A stretch of DNA of 56,562 nucleotides, taken from IMG/VR virus record IMGVR_UViG_3300028802_000016, positions 1 to 56,562 of that record; one strand, written 5' to 3'. A model generated the notes under the pieces. It was not told the DNA's origin. It searched no databases and was given only the letters and a program-made list of their open reading frames with translations. The translations under genes were made by a program, and so were the position numbers. Below are positions 9,053 to 17,090 of the stretch, piece after piece (position 1 is the stretch's first letter; each line of letters starts with the position of its first letter). Source of the DNA: a virus. Its lineage: Duplodnaviria; Caudoviricetes.

Positions 9053-9410
9053 CTGGGCGTGGCCGCACACCCCGAACAGCTCCTTCGCCCGAATCGTGCT
9101 GGCCGACGGCCCGTTCGCCGGGCAGGAGATCGGCTTCGTGCCGCCCGACACCGGCTCGCCCGCACAAGTCGTCTGGTCGGCCTGGCTGACCGGCGTCGGC
9201 TTCACCGCCTACCTGTACGAGTGGCATGGCGAGGTCACCACCGACCGGGGCCGGACGGATGCGCTGCTCTTTCGCGCCACCGGCCGTCGCCTGGCCGCCC
9301 TGGAGATGCCGCCGCTGCTCGGTGAAGACGTCGAGGTGTGGGCCGACGGCGCCGCCCTGATCGTCTCCGCCACCCAGGTCCCGGCCGAGATGATCTGGCC
9401 AGGGCTGTAG
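9045..9410 (+). CDS. Hypothetical protein
   Basis: Overlaps the upstream stop, GC3 bias. Confidence 0.55.
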   Translation: MASWAWPHTPNSSFARIVLADGPFAGQEIGFVPPDTGSPAQVVWSAWLTGVGFTAYLYEWHGEVTTDRGRTDALLFRATGRRLAALEMPPLLGEDVEVWADGAALIVSATQVPAEMIWPGL

Positions 9411-9444
9411 CCAAGATCCAAAACGAACGGAAAGGCCCCCTGGC

Positions 9445-9615
9445 ATGACCAAGATGATCAAGGTGATCAACCGTTACGAAGCCGCTGTCCGCTGGGAACT
9501 CGCCCGCCAGATCGTCCGTGAATGCAAGAACTACGGGTTCCCCGTCACTCTCACCGATGTGGCCGAGGTCCACGCGGCCGAGCGCCAGTACGACAGGGCC
9601 ACCCGCACCGCATGA
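9445..9615 (+). CDS. Small hypothetical protein (MTKMIKVINRY...)
   Basis: 56-codon ORF with GGAAAGG RBS, ATGA-coupled to the next gene. Confidence 0.55.
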   Translation: MTKMIKVINRYEAAVRWELARQIVRECKNYGFPVTLTDVAEVHAAERQYDRATRTA

Positions 9616-9821
9616 TCACCCTCCGGTACGCCACCCCCGAGGAGGAGCGCCCCGTCCACTGCGGCGCGAAGCGCTCCCCCCGGGGCGCCGTCGTGTGCGA
9701 GAAGCCCGCCTTCCACCGGCAGGGATGCAAGCTCGTCCCCGGCCACGCCTGCGCCGGACGCGGCAGGCGTGGCCAGTGGTACTTCTGGTTCTCCCCCTGG
9801 CCCTGGGACCGCTGCCGGTAG
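9612..9821 (+). CDS. Small Cys/His-rich hypothetical protein
   Basis: ATGA overlap; C..C..H..C..H pattern. Confidence 0.5.
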   Translation: MITLRYATPEEERPVHCGAKRSPRGAVVCEKPAFHRQGCKLVPGHACAGRGRRGQWYFWFSPWPWDRCR

Positions 9822-9844
9822 GCTGGCTCCCGTAGGAGGAGCCC

Positions 9845-10582
9845 ATGACACGCCGCCCGAAGCGCCACGGAACCAGCAGCAACGACCACAGCCGTTCCCC
9901 CGAGGTACTGAACGCGCTGGAGCGCAAGAAGATCGAGCTTGACCCGCTGCTCGACGCCTGGGAGCAGCAGCCCAGCGAGACCCCCCGCGACTACGGCCTG
10001 TTCTGCATGTACCGAGACCACGGCAAGATCCGCACCATCGCGCAGATCGCCACCATGTCCCCGCTCACCTACGCGACCGTCGCCCGCATCGGCCGCATGA
10101 AGCGCTGGGTCGAACGTGCTGGCCTCTGGGACGCCGAGCAGGACCGCATCACCACCATTCGCCTCCAGGACGCCCGCGAGGACATGGCCCGCCGCCACGT
10201 CAAGGCCGCCGGGCTGCTGATGGACAAAGCCCTGGAGCGGCTGAAGTCGCTCAACCCGGACAAGATCAGCCCGCACGCCCTCATCCTCATGATCGACACC
10301 GCCGCGAGGATCGAACGCGCCGCGCTGGGCCTGGAGAAGGGCACCACCGCCCCGCAGACCTCCGTGACCGTCGCCGCCACCACGCAGACCGACGCCGCCG
10401 GGAAGCCGGAGATGCGCGTCGAGATCGGCGTGCAGCATGACAGGATCATGGCGTCTCTCGACCAGATGGTCTCCCGGATGAGCCCCGAGCAGTTGGCCGC
10501 CGGGTACGAGGAGCTGACCGCGAGCGCAGAGGAGGCGACTCGCGGGATTGACGCCGCCCTTCCTGCACCTCCTCCGCAGTGA
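9845..10582 (+). CDS. Terminase small subunit
   Basis: WEQQPSET...F.MYRD.G..R...WVERA..WD helical signature; just upstream of the large subunit. Confidence 0.75.
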   Translation: MTRRPKRHGTSSNDHSRSPEVLNALERKKIELDPLLDAWEQQPSETPRDYGLFCMYRDHGKIRTIAQIATMSPLTYATVARIGRMKRWVERAGLWDAEQDRITTIRLQDAREDMARRHVKAAGLLMDKALERLKSLNPDKISPHALILMIDTAARIERAALGLEKGTTAPQTSVTVAATTQTDAAGKPEMRVEIGVQHDRIMASLDQMVSRMSPEQLAAGYEELTASAEEATRGIDAALPAPPPQ

Positions 10583-10749
10583 AGGCGCTGGCGCGGCTGG
10601 GGGTCGCCCGCGTGCCGGGCGGCCGGGCGACCCCCGGTGACCGCATCCTTGCCATGATTGACTGGATGGCATTGTTCCTGCCGTCGGCTGTCCTCGTCGG
10701 CGAGATGATGCAGCCCGTTCTCGTCATCTCGATTGCGTAGTTTTCGATC

Positions 10750-12204
10750 ATGAGCCTGTCCGCCGCCCAGAAGCTGGCGCTGCTCCCGGCCAAGCTGCGC
10801 CGCGCCTGGCTGGCCGCCCAGAAGCGCGAGACCCTGGAGGAGATCCAGAAGGGCGCCTGGTGGTGGGTCGGCCGCCCCGAGCAGTTCAAGCCCCCCGGTG
10901 ACTGGCTTGTCTGGCTCATCCTGTCCGGCCGTGGCTGGGGCAAGACCCGCACCGGCGCCGAAGACCTCCTCGATCGCGTCTTCAAGCATCCCGTCGACAT
11001 GGTGGGCCAGCGCACCGAGTGGCTGGTCATCGCCGAGACCCTGAACGATTGCCGCACCGCCTGCATTGAGGGCAACAGCGGCATCCTCAGCGTGCTCAGC
11101 CGCATGGGCATGGAGAAGGCCAAGGACTTCCGCTACTGGAAGTCGCCCAAGCTGATGATCGAATTCTCCAGCGGGCAGGTCATCTATTTCGAAGGCGCCG
11201 ACAACGCCGACGTCGGCCGTGGCTACAACGCCGCCGGGCTCTGGGCCGACGAGCTGGCGAAGTGGCGCTACACCTGGAATGCCTGGTACGAGGGCATCCT
11301 CCCGTCGCTGCGCGCCCCGCTGATCGACGACCACCCCCGCGCCGTCATCACCACCACCCCGAAGCCGATCAAGCTGCTGATCGAGTGGAAGCACAAGACC
11401 GACGGCACGGTGGTCATCACCACCGGCTCGATCTTCGACAACATCGCCAACCTCTCCCGCCATGTGGTGGAAGAGCTGAAGAAGATCTACGAGGGCACCC
11501 GCGCCGGGTTGCAGGAGCTGTACGGCCACCTGATCGAGGAGGTCGAAGGCGCGCTGTGGCAGCGTCCCATGATCGAAAACAACCGCGTAAAGCCCGCTGA
11601 CCTGCCCGAACTGAAGATGACCGTCGTCTCCATGGACCCCGGCGCCACCGGCGCAGGCGACGAGACCGGGCTGGTGGCCTGCGGGCGCGGCTACAACGGC
11701 GATGACTACCTGCTGGCCGACTGGACGAAGAAGATCGTCGGGCACGCCGCCGCCCGGCGCGGCTGGGAGATGTTCATCCAGTACGACGCGACCTGGTTCA
11801 TCGTCGAGACGAACATGGGCAAGAAGTGGCTGATCCAGGTGGTGCAGGACGCGTACGCCGAGATGCAGAAGGAGCATGCGCCCGGCTGCGATGGCGAGGA
11901 CTGCGAAGGCTGCCTGCTCCCGCCCGGCCCGGCCCCGATCAAGGAGGTGACCTCCCTGGCCGGGAAGAAGCTGCGCGCCGAACCGGTCGCCTCCCGCTAC
12001 GAGCAGAACCGCTGGCATCACGCCGGTACGTTCATCGAGCTGGAGGACCAGCTCTGCACGTGGGTGCCCGAGGATGCGAAGAGCCCGGACCGGATCGACG
12101 CCCTCGTGCAGGCCGGTCTGTTCCTGATGGGCAAGGAGAACAAGCTGGTCCGCGTCGCCGCCCCCGCCGACATGCTGATGCCGGTCAGCTCTCCGTACGG
12201 GTAG
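10750..12204 (+). CDS. terL: Terminase large subunit
   Basis: Walker A SGRGWGKT, Walker B LWADE, TTTP coupling motif, nuclease MDP...DETG...PDRIDA. Confidence 0.95.
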   Translation: MSLSAAQKLALLPAKLRRAWLAAQKRETLEEIQKGAWWWVGRPEQFKPPGDWLVWLILSGRGWGKTRTGAEDLLDRVFKHPVDMVGQRTEWLVIAETLNDCRTACIEGNSGILSVLSRMGMEKAKDFRYWKSPKLMIEFSSGQVIYFEGADNADVGRGYNAAGLWADELAKWRYTWNAWYEGILPSLRAPLIDDHPRAVITTTPKPIKLLIEWKHKTDGTVVITTGSIFDNIANLSRHVVEELKKIYEGTRAGLQELYGHLIEEVEGALWQRPMIENNRVKPADLPELKMTVVSMDPGATGAGDETGLVACGRGYNGDDYLLADWTKKIVGHAAARRGWEMFIQYDATWFIVETNMGKKWLIQVVQDAYAEMQKEHAPGCDGEDCEGCLLPPGPAPIKEVTSLAGKKLRAEPVASRYEQNRWHHAGTFIELEDQLCTWVPEDAKSPDRIDALVQAGLFLMGKENKLVRVAAPADMLMPVSSPYG

Positions 12205-12325
12205 GCTGCGGCCATCGAATCGGCCGGGACTACCGCCCCGGATCGGTCTGTGGGATGAATCGCGGCAGTGCCGCGACACTTAAGACGGCCGGACTACCCC
12301 GCATCGCCAGGGGCTCCGGCCGTTC
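12205..12325 (+). ncRNA. Candidate structured non-coding RNA after terL
   Basis: Consecutive hairpins including CCGGG-ACTACCGC-CCCGG and GGCCGGA...TCCGGCC; no plausible ORF. Confidence 0.35.
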
Positions 12326-12339
12326 CCATGTCCGGACAC

Positions 12340-12381
12340 GCTAAAGGCCCGGCCCCACGGGGGATGGGCTGGGCCTTTAGC
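12340..12381. terminator. Strong hairpin, likely bidirectional terminator
   Basis: GCTAAAGGCCCGGCCC...GGGCTGGGCCTTTAGC between convergent genes. Confidence 0.7.
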
Positions 12382-12501
12382 TGGCAGGCTTGCGCTCTTC
12401 TGTCCGGCTCCTCAGGGGCATCCCCTGCGGGTTGCGGCTGCCCCGGTGCACTCGGGGGAGGCTGCCGGTCACCACCGGGAGACCCGAACCGGGCCCTGCC
12501 A

Positions 12502-12777
12502 TCAGCGCTTCGACGCTACACCCCGGCGCCCGCGCCGCCTGCCGCGAAGGCGTGCCATCCGCTTGCGCCGCACCTCCGCCAGCTCGGTGATCAGGTCAGA
12601 CAGGGCCCCGCTGTCCAGCGTGGGGAAGGTGGCGATGGTGCGCACACGCTCGGCGTACGGCAGCTCGGAGGTGCACAGGTCCCTGGCGTACTGCACCTGC
12701 TCCCGCGAGGGCGGCTGCGCCCACGAGTTGATCTGCGGGGGTACGAATGCTTCCTGTTCCATCTCCAGCGTCTCCAT
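12502..12777 (-). CDS. Hypothetical protein
   Basis: GGAGG RBS before METLEM; Arg-rich tail. Confidence 0.6.
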   Translation of the reverse strand: METLEMEQEAFVPPQINSWAQPPSREQVQYARDLCTSELPYAERVRTIATFPTLDSGALSDLITELAEVRRKRMARLRGRRRGRRGVASKR

Positions 12778-12872
12778 CGCTGACCTCCGCCTTTCCCGGG
12801 GGTTTCTCTCTCTCAAGAGTGACAGAAAATCAGCACAAGGCAAGCCGAAAAGGGCTCCTCGTCCGCCGGGGG

Positions 12873-12915
12873 TTGACGGCCCTGGACTCCCTCCGTATGC
12901 TGGAAGCTGACAGAC
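12873..12915 (+). promoter_or_regulatory. SigA/HrdB-type promoter TTGACG-N17-TATGCT followed by GACAGAC
   Basis: Canonical -35/-10 spacing; member of the TGTATGCT-N7-GACAGAC class. Confidence 0.8.
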
Positions 12916-12935
12916 CGACAAGGAGGGTGTTTCAG

Positions 12936-13106
12936 ATGCGGCGGATAGCGGTCAGTGAACTGCACAAGGACTCCCAGGTGATTCTCAAGAGCGGCACCTA
13001 CACCGTGACCGCCGAGCCGATCAACACCGGCAACTCGTCCATCGTGAAGCTCGACGGCCTGGGTATCCGGGACTGGGCGAACGCCAAGACCGTTAAGGTC
13101 GCCTGA
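12936..13106 (+). CDS. Small hypothetical protein
   Basis: AAGGAGG RBS after the promoter. Confidence 0.65.
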   Translation: MRRIAVSELHKDSQVILKSGTYTVTAEPINTGNSSIVKLDGLGIRDWANAKTVKVA

Positions 13107-13465
13107 TGGACCCCGGAATCGCCGACGCCATCAACCGCCGCACAGCGCAGGCCGTCGCCGCCCGCATGGACGGCATCGACGTCGGCCTGGACATCCGCTT
13201 CCCCGAGGTCGGCAGCCCCTGGTACCACGGGAGTATGGCCGCCACGATCATGGGTGAGAACCCTGACGCGGGACCCCAGGATCTGCGCTGGCTCGTCAGC
13301 GCTCTCGGCCTCGCCACGTGGGGCACGGGTTTCGACGGCACCCCTGCCGACGCCGACTGGGACAACCTGTATTCCCACCTACGGGCCGAGGTTGTGGCCC
13401 GCAGGGATCGTGACCCGGAAATCCCCTGCGTTGCGGCGTCGACCGCTGTGGCGTCTGGTGTGTAG
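13106..13465 (+). CDS. Hypothetical protein
   Basis: TGATG coupling. Confidence 0.6.
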   Translation: MDPGIADAINRRTAQAVAARMDGIDVGLDIRFPEVGSPWYHGSMAATIMGENPDAGPQDLRWLVSALGLATWGTGFDGTPADADWDNLYSHLRAEVVARRDRDPEIPCVAASTAVASGV

Positions 13466-13608
13466 GGTCATGAGATACAGGAGGGGACCGGGGAAGGCCT
13501 TAGCCTCCTTGGTCTGTCAACCCGGACGGTTGCCCCCGCCGCCGTCCGGGAGGTGAGGCCACCCGGTCCCCTCCGCACCGCCCGACACACTCTCCGAGGA
13601 GAACCCCT

Positions 13609-13809
13609 GTGGACCTGACCCTGCACGTCGCGGACGAGAACGGCCTCATCAACCTGGGCGGCATCGTCCCGCCCGGCGCGCACTACACCGCCGCCCGCAA
13701 CGAGAACACCGGCGTCGTCCGCCTCGTCCCGGTGAAGGTCGCCACGACCGTCGTGCAGGCCCCCGACCCCGTCCAGGCGAACAGCCCGGACACGCAGCCC
13801 TGGGCCTGA
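13609..13809 (+). CDS. Small hypothetical protein
   Basis: GAGGAG RBS, GC3 bias. Confidence 0.6.
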   Translation: MDLTLHVADENGLINLGGIVPPGAHYTAARNENTGVVRLVPVKVATTVVQAPDPVQANSPDTQPWA

Positions 13810-13818
13810 CCCAAGACC

Positions 13819-14100
13819 CCCGCCCCGGACCGTCGTGTGGGCTGCAACCCCGTAGTGTCACCCGCCTTTGCAGAGGTGCGACCTGGGCGAGACTTCGGTC
13901 TCAGTAGCAGGAGGAGTGTCGAGCGGCCCGGGGCGGGCCAATACCAGCAAACGCCCGTGAGCTAGTTGTGCACGCCAGTCGTGGCGTTGACGGAGACAAA
14001 AACCGGGCAAGCAGGGAAGAGCCGGGACGACGGTAACGGTGACGACCTGATGCACGAAGCCTGGTGGTGGCTGCTGTAGGGCAGTAAGCGCCGTCAGGCC
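13819..14100 (+). ncRNA. Candidate structured ncRNA(s) upstream of the tRNA-like cluster
   Basis: CCCGCCCCGG...CCGGGGCGGG closing stem, GAGAC-TTCG-GTCTC UUCG hairpin, ACGCCA-GTCG-TGGCGT; no credible CDS. Confidence 0.5.
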
Positions 14101-14102
14101 CT

Positions 14103-14198
14103 GGGGAGATAGCTCAGCAGGCAGAGCGCACCTCGCTTAGAGGTCAGCCGGACTACCGAGCCGGTAAGAGGTCGCAGGTTCAAGTCCTGCTCTCCCCT
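14103..14198 (+). ncRNA. tRNA-like RNA 1: anticodon arm replaced by two hairpins
   Basis: Acceptor GGGGAGA/TCTCCCC, D arm GCTC/GAGC, T arm GCAGG-TTCAAGT-CCTGC; centre ACCTC-GCTTA-GAGGT plus CCGG-ACTACCGAG-CCGG. Confidence 0.8.
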
Positions 14199-14209
14199 CG
14201 AAACCGCAA

Positions 14210-14288
14210 GGGCTTGAAAGCTGAGAAGGTCGGCGATCAGCACCGGGTTTATGCCGGAGGTTCGCGGGTTCGAATCCCGTCAAGTCCA
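14210..14288 (+). ncRNA. tRNA-like RNA 2: enlarged D arm, aberrant anticodon arm
   Basis: Acceptor GGGCTTG/CAAGTCC, T arm GCGGG-TTCGAAT-CCCGT, 4-bp stem with loop GTTTATG. Confidence 0.75.
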
Positions 14289-14383
14289 CGCGAAGGAACG
14301 CCAGGTGTCGTCCCGCCCCTCTGGGGGCTCGGTCGGCTGCTCAGCCTGGAGTCAACCGACGCCGCCGGAACGAGCACCCGGCG

Positions 14384-14454
14384 GGCCCTGTAGCTCAGCG
14401 GATAGAGCACCCGCCCCTGGCGGGAGGTCGGCGGTTCGAACCCGTCCAGGACCA
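14384..14454 (+). ncRNA. tRNA-like RNA 3: anticodon loop shrunk to CCT
   Basis: Acceptor GGCCCTG/CAGGACC, canonical D arm TAGCTCAGCGGATAGAGC, CCCGCC-CCT-GGCGGG, T arm GGCGG-TTCGAAC-CCGTC. Confidence 0.8.
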
Positions 14455-14463
14455 CGTAAGCAA

Positions 14464-14666
14464 GGCGACGTAGCTCAGACAGGACAGAGCACCCTCGGTC
14501 GAAGAATGCCGTGCGCACGGCACGACGCGACCCCCGGCCGGTACAGCCGGTGCTCAGAGGGAGGAGTGGCCCGAAGGATCACCCAGGTCCGCGCCCGGCA
14601 GGATCAGCCGGGAGTCGGATGGGACCGAGCCAGAGGACCCCGGAGGTTCAAATCCTCCCGTCGCCA
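14464..14666 (+). ncRNA. tRNA-like RNA 4: 203 nt with large structured inserts
   Basis: Acceptor GGCGACG/CGTCGCC, D arm GCTC/GAGC, T arm GGAGG-TTCAAAT-CCTCC; CCCTC/GAGGG stem encloses about 60 nt; variable region about 75 nt. Confidence 0.75.
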
Positions 14667-14697
14667 CGCAGCATTCGCCCACCAACCAGGAGGTCCC

Positions 14698-15096
14698 GTG
14701 CGCACCAAGCTCAAGGCCGCACTGCTCACCCTCGCCGCCTCGGTGAGTCTGCTCAGCGTCGCCGCCCCCGCCCAGGCCGCCCTCACCGATTGCCCCCTCG
14801 GCAGCTTCTGCCTCTGGACCGCAACCAACTACAGCGGCTCCCGCTTCCAGTACTCCAAGGCCACCTTCGACGCCCACTACCGCCACGGCATCGAGTTCGG
14901 CTCCGGCGTCTCCAACCGGGGCTACTCGTTCTACAACCACACCACCGTCGCCATCAACATCTACGACTCCGGCGACTGCTCCTACAGTCCCTGGACGCGG
15001 ACCATGGCCAGCGGCCAGTACGCGACCGCTCAGGGTTCCGACTGGGGCGGCCGGGTGTCCTCCGCGCAGATCAAGGCATACGCTCCTGCCTGCTGA
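14698..15096 (+). CDS. Secreted peptidase-inhibitor I36 / beta-gamma-crystallin-like protein, copy A
   Basis: Signal peptide ending APAQA, CPxGxFCLWxxxNYSG, C-terminal RVSS; AGGAGG RBS. Confidence 0.8.
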   Translation: MRTKLKAALLTLAASVSLLSVAAPAQAALTDCPLGSFCLWTATNYSGSRFQYSKATFDAHYRHGIEFGSGVSNRGYSFYNHTTVAINIYDSGDCSYSPWTRTMASGQYATAQGSDWGGRVSSAQIKAYAPAC

Positions 15097-15201
15097 AGAC
15101 ACCCCCACAAGGGGAAACGGCGCACACGCTGCGCCTGGTAACAGGAACCGGTAATCAGCCGCAAAGGGGACGCGTACCCGATCGGTGAAGAACCGTAGTA
15201 C

Positions 15202-15272
15202 CGCCGTGAGGCTGGAAGGCAACAGCGCCGGGCGAGAGCGCGGAGGCCGGGGTTCAAGTCCCCGCACGGCAC
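15202..15272 (+). ncRNA. tRNA-like RNA 5: anticodon loop replaced by a GAGA (GNRA) tetraloop
   Basis: Acceptor (C)GCCGTG/CACGGC(A), D arm GCTG/CAGC, T arm CGGGG-TTCAAGT-CCCCG. Confidence 0.7.
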
Positions 15273-15440
15273 GCAGGGATGCACACGTGGAAGCGGAAGG
15301 CGACGGCCCTACCTACGGCCTGCGTGTGCTGTCACCCTCCCCGGTGTCTACCAGACGTGGACTGGGGAGGAGGCGGGTCGTCAGTAGGCATCTGGAGCTG
15401 TCCCCGTGGCCACGGCGCGGCAGCGTCTACTGACGACCTA
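15273..15440 (+). ncRNA. Candidate structured ncRNA(s) after tRNA-like RNA 5
   Basis: GCACACG/CGTGTGC, CTCCCC/GGGGAG and 13-bp GTCGTCAGTAGGC/GTCTACTGACGAC stems. Confidence 0.45.
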
Positions 15441-15466
15441 CCCTAGAAACCCTGGAGGAGGGCACT

Positions 15467-15661
15467 ATGGGCACCAAAAAGCCCGCAAAAAACGTCAAGA
15501 ATCTGATAGCGGCGGCGGAGGCGAACAAGGCCGTCAAGGCTGCCGCGCCGCGCCGCGCCGCGAAGGAGATGCGCCTGCGGGGGAAGAAGCACAAGACCGC
15601 GCCGACGCACGTGCTGACCCTCATCGCGAAGGCCGTGAACCGGCAGAAGGGAAAGTCGTGA
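15467..15661 (+). CDS. Small Lys/Ala-rich basic protein
   Basis: GGAGGAGG RBS. Confidence 0.65.
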   Translation: MGTKKPAKNVKNLIAAAEANKAVKAAAPRRAAKEMRLRGKKHKTAPTHVLTLIAKAVNRQKGKS

Positions 15662-15873
15662 CCGTCACCGCTGAAGCGCCCGCCCGGTACGTGAAGCTGG
15701 CCCCGAAGAACATCGTCAAGGTCGGTGCGCTCGCGGGCACCGACACCCCTCACAAGCACGCCGGTGACGCCTGGACCGGGTCGTCGTGCATGGCCTGCTT
15801 CGGCTGGAGCGACGACCCCCGGCATCTGGCCCGCGTCCCGCGTGCCCGGCGCGCCAGGGTGGTGGCGGCATGA
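15658..15873 (+). CDS. Small CxxC protein
   Basis: GTGA overlap; H..H...CMAC...H. Confidence 0.55.
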   Translation: MTVTAEAPARYVKLAPKNIVKVGALAGTDTPHKHAGDAWTGSSCMACFGWSDDPRHLARVPRARRARVVAA

Positions 15874-16292
15874 TCCGGGTGCCGGACCCGGGGAAGATCG
15901 GGCAGGCGCTCGGCGAGGTCCGCAGGATGCTCGCGATTCCCCGGCGGCAGGCGGCCCGGCAGATCGCCGAGGCGGTCGGCCGGTCGGAGACCAGCGTCAA
16001 CTCGCAGCTGTGGGGCTGGGAGAACGGGCAGCACCAGCCGGACCTGGGATCGATCGTGCCTGTCCTCGATGTCCTCGAATATGATCTTGCCCTGGTGGAG
16101 CGGCCCGATGGCCCCCGCTCGTGGCCTCGTCTCGAAGACCCGCCCGCCGATGTGCTGAAGGTGCGCGGCGCCGACGGCACCCTCTGGGTCAGGATGGAAG
16201 CGGAAGGCCGCTACTGGTCCGCCAGGGGCTGGGAGGATGGCGTGAGCTGGTCTCAGGTCCTGTACTGGGGCCCCGTCACGGAGGTGCGGTAG
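15870..16292 (+). CDS. XRE-like helix-turn-helix protein
   Basis: IGQALGEVRR...ARQIA...LWGWENGQHQPDLGSI...LDVL. Confidence 0.7.
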   Translation: MIRVPDPGKIGQALGEVRRMLAIPRRQAARQIAEAVGRSETSVNSQLWGWENGQHQPDLGSIVPVLDVLEYDLALVERPDGPRSWPRLEDPPADVLKVRGADGTLWVRMEAEGRYWSARGWEDGVSWSQVLYWGPVTEVR

Positions 16293-16294
16293 AG

Positions 16295-16558
16295 ATGCCC
16301 GACAACGCGTATGACCCGCCCAGGTGGGAGCCCGACGACCGTGGCCCTCTGGCCCTTGCCGAGGCTGTCGGTCAGTCCCTCGGGGCGGCGAGCATGTGCT
16401 GGGTCGGCGGGACCGGCCAGCTCGAATTCGACAGCGTCCGCTGTGTCGAGATCAACGACTGGCTGATGGCGTACCTCGCCGACTGGGGCGACAAGATCCG
16501 CCGGGAGGCGAACGAGGCCACCAGCGCCAAGCTCGTCGCGAAGGAACGCTGGCAGTGA
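16295..16558 (+). CDS. Hypothetical protein
   Basis: GGAGG RBS; AVGQSLGAASMCW motif. Confidence 0.65.
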   Translation: MPDNAYDPPRWEPDDRGPLALAEAVGQSLGAASMCWVGGTGQLEFDSVRCVEINDWLMAYLADWGDKIRREANEATSAKLVAKERWQ

Positions 16559-16845
16559 GCGGCATCTTCAAGGAAAGCCCCTGGCAGAACATTCCGCTGT
16601 ACGAGCCCGTTGCCGTGCAGGCGGGCAAGCACTATGAGGTGGGTATCGACACGGAGACGGGAAAGCCGTATGTGCGGGAGGCGGCGCAGGGTCTCGTGTT
16701 TCCGAGCAACGGCACGATCCATGGGCTGCTGATGATGGAGCCGCCTGCTGGCGCGGCGGCCGTCTATCACGCCTCCCGAAAGGTTACTGACCAGTACGAG
16801 TGCCAGGATTCCCGGGAAAACACCCCCGAGAATCCGGCAAACTAG
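16555..16845 (+). CDS. Hypothetical protein
   Basis: GTGA overlap. Confidence 0.5.
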   Translation: MSGIFKESPWQNIPLYEPVAVQAGKHYEVGIDTETGKPYVREAAQGLVFPSNGTIHGLLMMEPPAGAAAVYHASRKVTDQYECQDSRENTPENPAN

Positions 16846-16852
16846 CACCAAA

Positions 16853-16954
16853 GGCCCGACGGCAAGTGGATCGAGCGCGTCGCCCCGCGCACCGTCGCCA
16901 GGCAAAGCGGCCCCGCCGAGGGGACGCGAGGGGGTCCGAATCCCCCGAGGGCCA
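16853..16954 (+). ncRNA. Degenerate tRNA-like RNA (T arm plus partial acceptor)
   Basis: GGGGG-TCCGAAT-CCCCC followed by GAGGGCCA; GGCCC 5' partner at 16853 or 16909. Confidence 0.45.
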
Positions 16955-17090
16955 CGATCCCGAGCGCCCTGGGACTACGCGCCCCTCGGGATGTGTCACC
17001 CCCTGCCGATTCGGCCGCAGAGCGCGGCCCGCCGAGGCTCACGGGCGCCGGAGCGACGTCGAATGCGGAACGTCTACGGCAGGGGCTCAA

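Noticed and set aside
14243-14257. tRNA-like RNA 2 read as an ochre (TTA) suppressor tRNA
   Set aside because: Only a 4-bp stem, G at 32, T at 37 and an abnormal D arm; no sign of TAA recoding in the genes.
14384-14454. Functional tRNA-Arg(CCT)
   Set aside because: The anticodon arm is 15 nt rather than 17 and lacks U33 and a canonical position 37; it may derive from such a tRNA but is unlikely to decode.
14464-14666. tmRNA
   Set aside because: Has a D stem, no G3-U70 pair, too short, and no evident tag reading frame.
14909-15063. Diversity-generating retroelement template/variable repeat between the I36 paralogs
   Set aside because: No reverse transcriptase in the genome, and the differences are not adenine-specific.
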